Source of the DNA: an uncultured delta proteobacterium
GTDB lineage: Bacteria > Desulfobacterota > Binatia > UBA9968
Assembly: GCA_963755715.1 (NCBI GenBank)
Contig: CAVWLW010000063.1
Span: 1-64,000 of the forward strand
Direction of reading: 5' to 3'
DNA: 64,000 nucleotides
Below, one piece after another: positions 62,155-64,000 of the stretch. The stretch's first letter is position 1. Every line of letters begins with the position of its first letter. The position numbers and the translations under genes were made by a program. The notes under the pieces were generated by a model. It saw only the letters and a list, made by a program, of their open reading frames with translations, was not told where the DNA came from and did not search any database.

Positions 62155-63730
62155 ATGGCAAAAGAATTTTCCACGATCGCGAAAAACGGCATGGTCGCCT
62201 CGAGCCAGCCGCTGGCGACGTTGGCGGGCGTGCAGATTCTCATGAGCGGCGGTAACGCCATCGACGCGGCGATCGCAACCGCAGCTGTGTTGGGGGTCGT
62301 GGAAGCTTCATCCATCGGCATCGGCAGTGATGCGTTTTGCCTTTTTTATTCGGCCAAAGAAAAGAAGATTAGGGCGCTGGACGCCAGTGGCCGATCGCCT
62401 TACGCGGCGAGCCTCGACTTCTGCCGCAAGAGCGCTTTCAAAGAAATGCCGCAGCGCGGCATTCACTCCGTCACCGTTCCCGGCGCCGTCCATGGTTGGG
62501 CGACCCTGCTGAATTCCTACGGGAAGAAAAAGCTGGGGGATGTGTTGCAAGCAGCGATCCGTCACGCGGAAGAAGGCTTCCCGGTGGCGGAGTTGACGGC
62601 GGAACAGTGGAAAGAGTCTGAAGCGAGACTGAAAGCGGATGAAGGTGCGGCGATCAATTATCTCATCGATGGTCGCACACCCAAGGCCGGCGAGGTTTTC
62701 CGAAACCCCCGAATGGCGGCAACGCTGAAGCAGATTGCCGCGGAAGGCGCCGATTATTTTTACAAAGGCGAAATCGCAAAAAAGATTGTGCGCTGCTCCG
62801 AAAAGCTCGGCGGACTTTTTGCGGTCAAAGATTTTGCCGATCATTGTTCGGATTGGGTGGAGCCCATCACCGCCAATTATCGTGGCTTTGATATTTACGA
62901 GATGCCGCCGACCACGCAGGGTTTCGTGGCGTTGGAGATGCTGAAGATTCTCGAAGGCTTTGATCTGAAGAACGCGGGACCGCAGAGCGCCGATGCGCTG
63001 CATTGGATGATCGAGGCGAAGAAACTCGCGTTCGCCGACCGCGACCGGCACTTGGCCGACCGCGATTTCATGAAAGTGCCGGTGCGAGATCTTTACGCGA
63101 CAAAGCGTGTGGAAAAGATGCGGTCGCAAATTCGCCTGGATCGAGGCTGCGAGTGAATACGAGAACGTGCCCACCGGAACGGATACCGAATACGTCGCAG
63201 CCGCCGACAGCGAAGGCAATCTGGTTTCTTTCATTCAAAGCAACTTCATGGGCTTCGGCTCGGGCGTGGTCGAGCCCGAGACCGGAATCATTTTGCAGAA
63301 CCGCGGCCATCTCTTTTCGTTGGATGAAAATCATCCCAACTGCATCGGGCCGCACAAGCGCTGCGTGCATACGTTGATGCCAGGGCTGATTTTCAAAAAT
63401 GGCAAACCTTATGCCGCGCTCGGGTTGAAAGGCGGCCACGTGCAGCCGCAAGTGCAGGTGCAGATCATTTCGAATCTCATCGATTTCGGCATGACGCCGC
63501 AGGAGGCGATCTCGGCGCCGCGGTTTAATCATATCGAAGGAGCAAAAGTCGGATTGGAGCCGGATATCGCTCAATCGGTCAAAGACGAACTAACCCGCCG
63601 CGGCCACCAAGTCGTTGGCGGCAATCCGGAAAGCTTCGGCGGCGCGCACGCGATCATGATTCACCCCGAATCAGGAGCCTTCGTCGGCGGCTCCGACCCG
63701 CGCAAAGGCGGCTGCGCGCTGGGATTCTAA
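62155..63730 (+). CDS. ggt: Gamma-glutamyltransferase family protein (frameshift ~63140)
   Basis: GGNAIDAAIA, VPG, MPP.TQG, Thr nucleophile region DTEY, FGSG, NRG, GSDPRK.G.A. Confidence 0.9.
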
Positions 63731-63738
63731 GATTCAGT

Positions 63739-63831
63739 CCCGGATTCCGCAGCGCTGCATCCGGGCTACAGAGTTCAGGACGCAGTTCGAAGGGCTAGTC
63801 GTAGCCCGGATGAAGTGAAACGAAATCCGGG
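63739..63831. repeat. Pair of GTAG-type REP sequences in inverted orientation
   Basis: CCCGGATTCCGCAGCGCTGCATCCGGGCTAC and GTAGCCCGGATGAAGTGAAACGAAATCCGGG. Confidence 0.88.
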
Positions 63832-63841
63832 GTCTTTGAGT

Positions 63842-63870
63842 TGGACAAGATGAGTCTTCCGTCGTACAAC
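63842..63870 (+). promoter_or_regulatory. Putative sigma-70 promoter of RAYT (leaderless)
   Basis: TGGACA-N17-TACAAC ending 5 nt before ATG 63876. Confidence 0.4.
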
Positions 63871-63875
63871 TCCTC

Positions 63876-64000
63876 ATGGTTTTCTACCGCCGCAATTTCG
63901 TTGCGGGTGGAACTTACTTTTTCACGGCAGCGCTGACTGACCGCAAGTGCGATTGGCTCGTGAGGCATGTCGATTTACTCCGCGTGGCTTTTCGTCACGC
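63876..64000 (+). CDS. REP-associated tyrosine transposase (RAYT), 5' part only; not in the ORF track
   Basis: MVFYRRNFVAGGTYFFTAALTDRK...LLRVAFRH, typical RAYT N-terminus, next to GTAG REPs. Confidence 0.85.
   Translation, partial: MVFYRRNFVAGGTYFFTAALTDRKCDWLVRHVDLLRVAFRH

Overview
A GC-rich bacterial window dominated by nutrient-scavenging and catabolic genes. It holds about 20 solute-binding proteins (9 AfuA/FbpA-like, 10 NitT/TauT-like plus one internally deleted copy, 1 TctC-like) but only one ABC permease+ATPase pair. Enzymes include three LigX/phthalate-dioxygenase-like Rieske oxygenases with no reductase in the window, a LigB-type extradiol dioxygenase, a ThDP lyase, two copies of a split ComD/ComE-like decarboxylase, an orphan xanthine-dehydrogenase-family Mo subunit, amidohydrolases, VOC proteins and a gamma-glutamyltransferase. 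This gene content resembles Candidatus Binatia (inference only). The most notable feature is a cluster of five paralogous heme-oxygenase-like diiron (CADD/PqqC-fold) enzymes at 49.7-58.1 kb. They share an RRDCW / HE-x2-E...H / TE / H-x3-D-x2-H signature, alternate with solute-binding proteins, and lie downstream of a near-consensus sigma-54 promoter. Mobile or selfish DNA includes a RelE/ParE TA cassette between a gene 3' end and a decayed copy of it, a hicB with a deleted hicA, a GIY-YIG gene bracketed by inverted CGTC-type repeats, a RAYT transposase with REPs at the window end, and several MITE/REP families. Many genes carry single-base frameshifts that look like long-read sequencing errors. 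No rRNA, tRNA or CRISPR array was seen. All calls come from reading motifs by eye; no database search was run.
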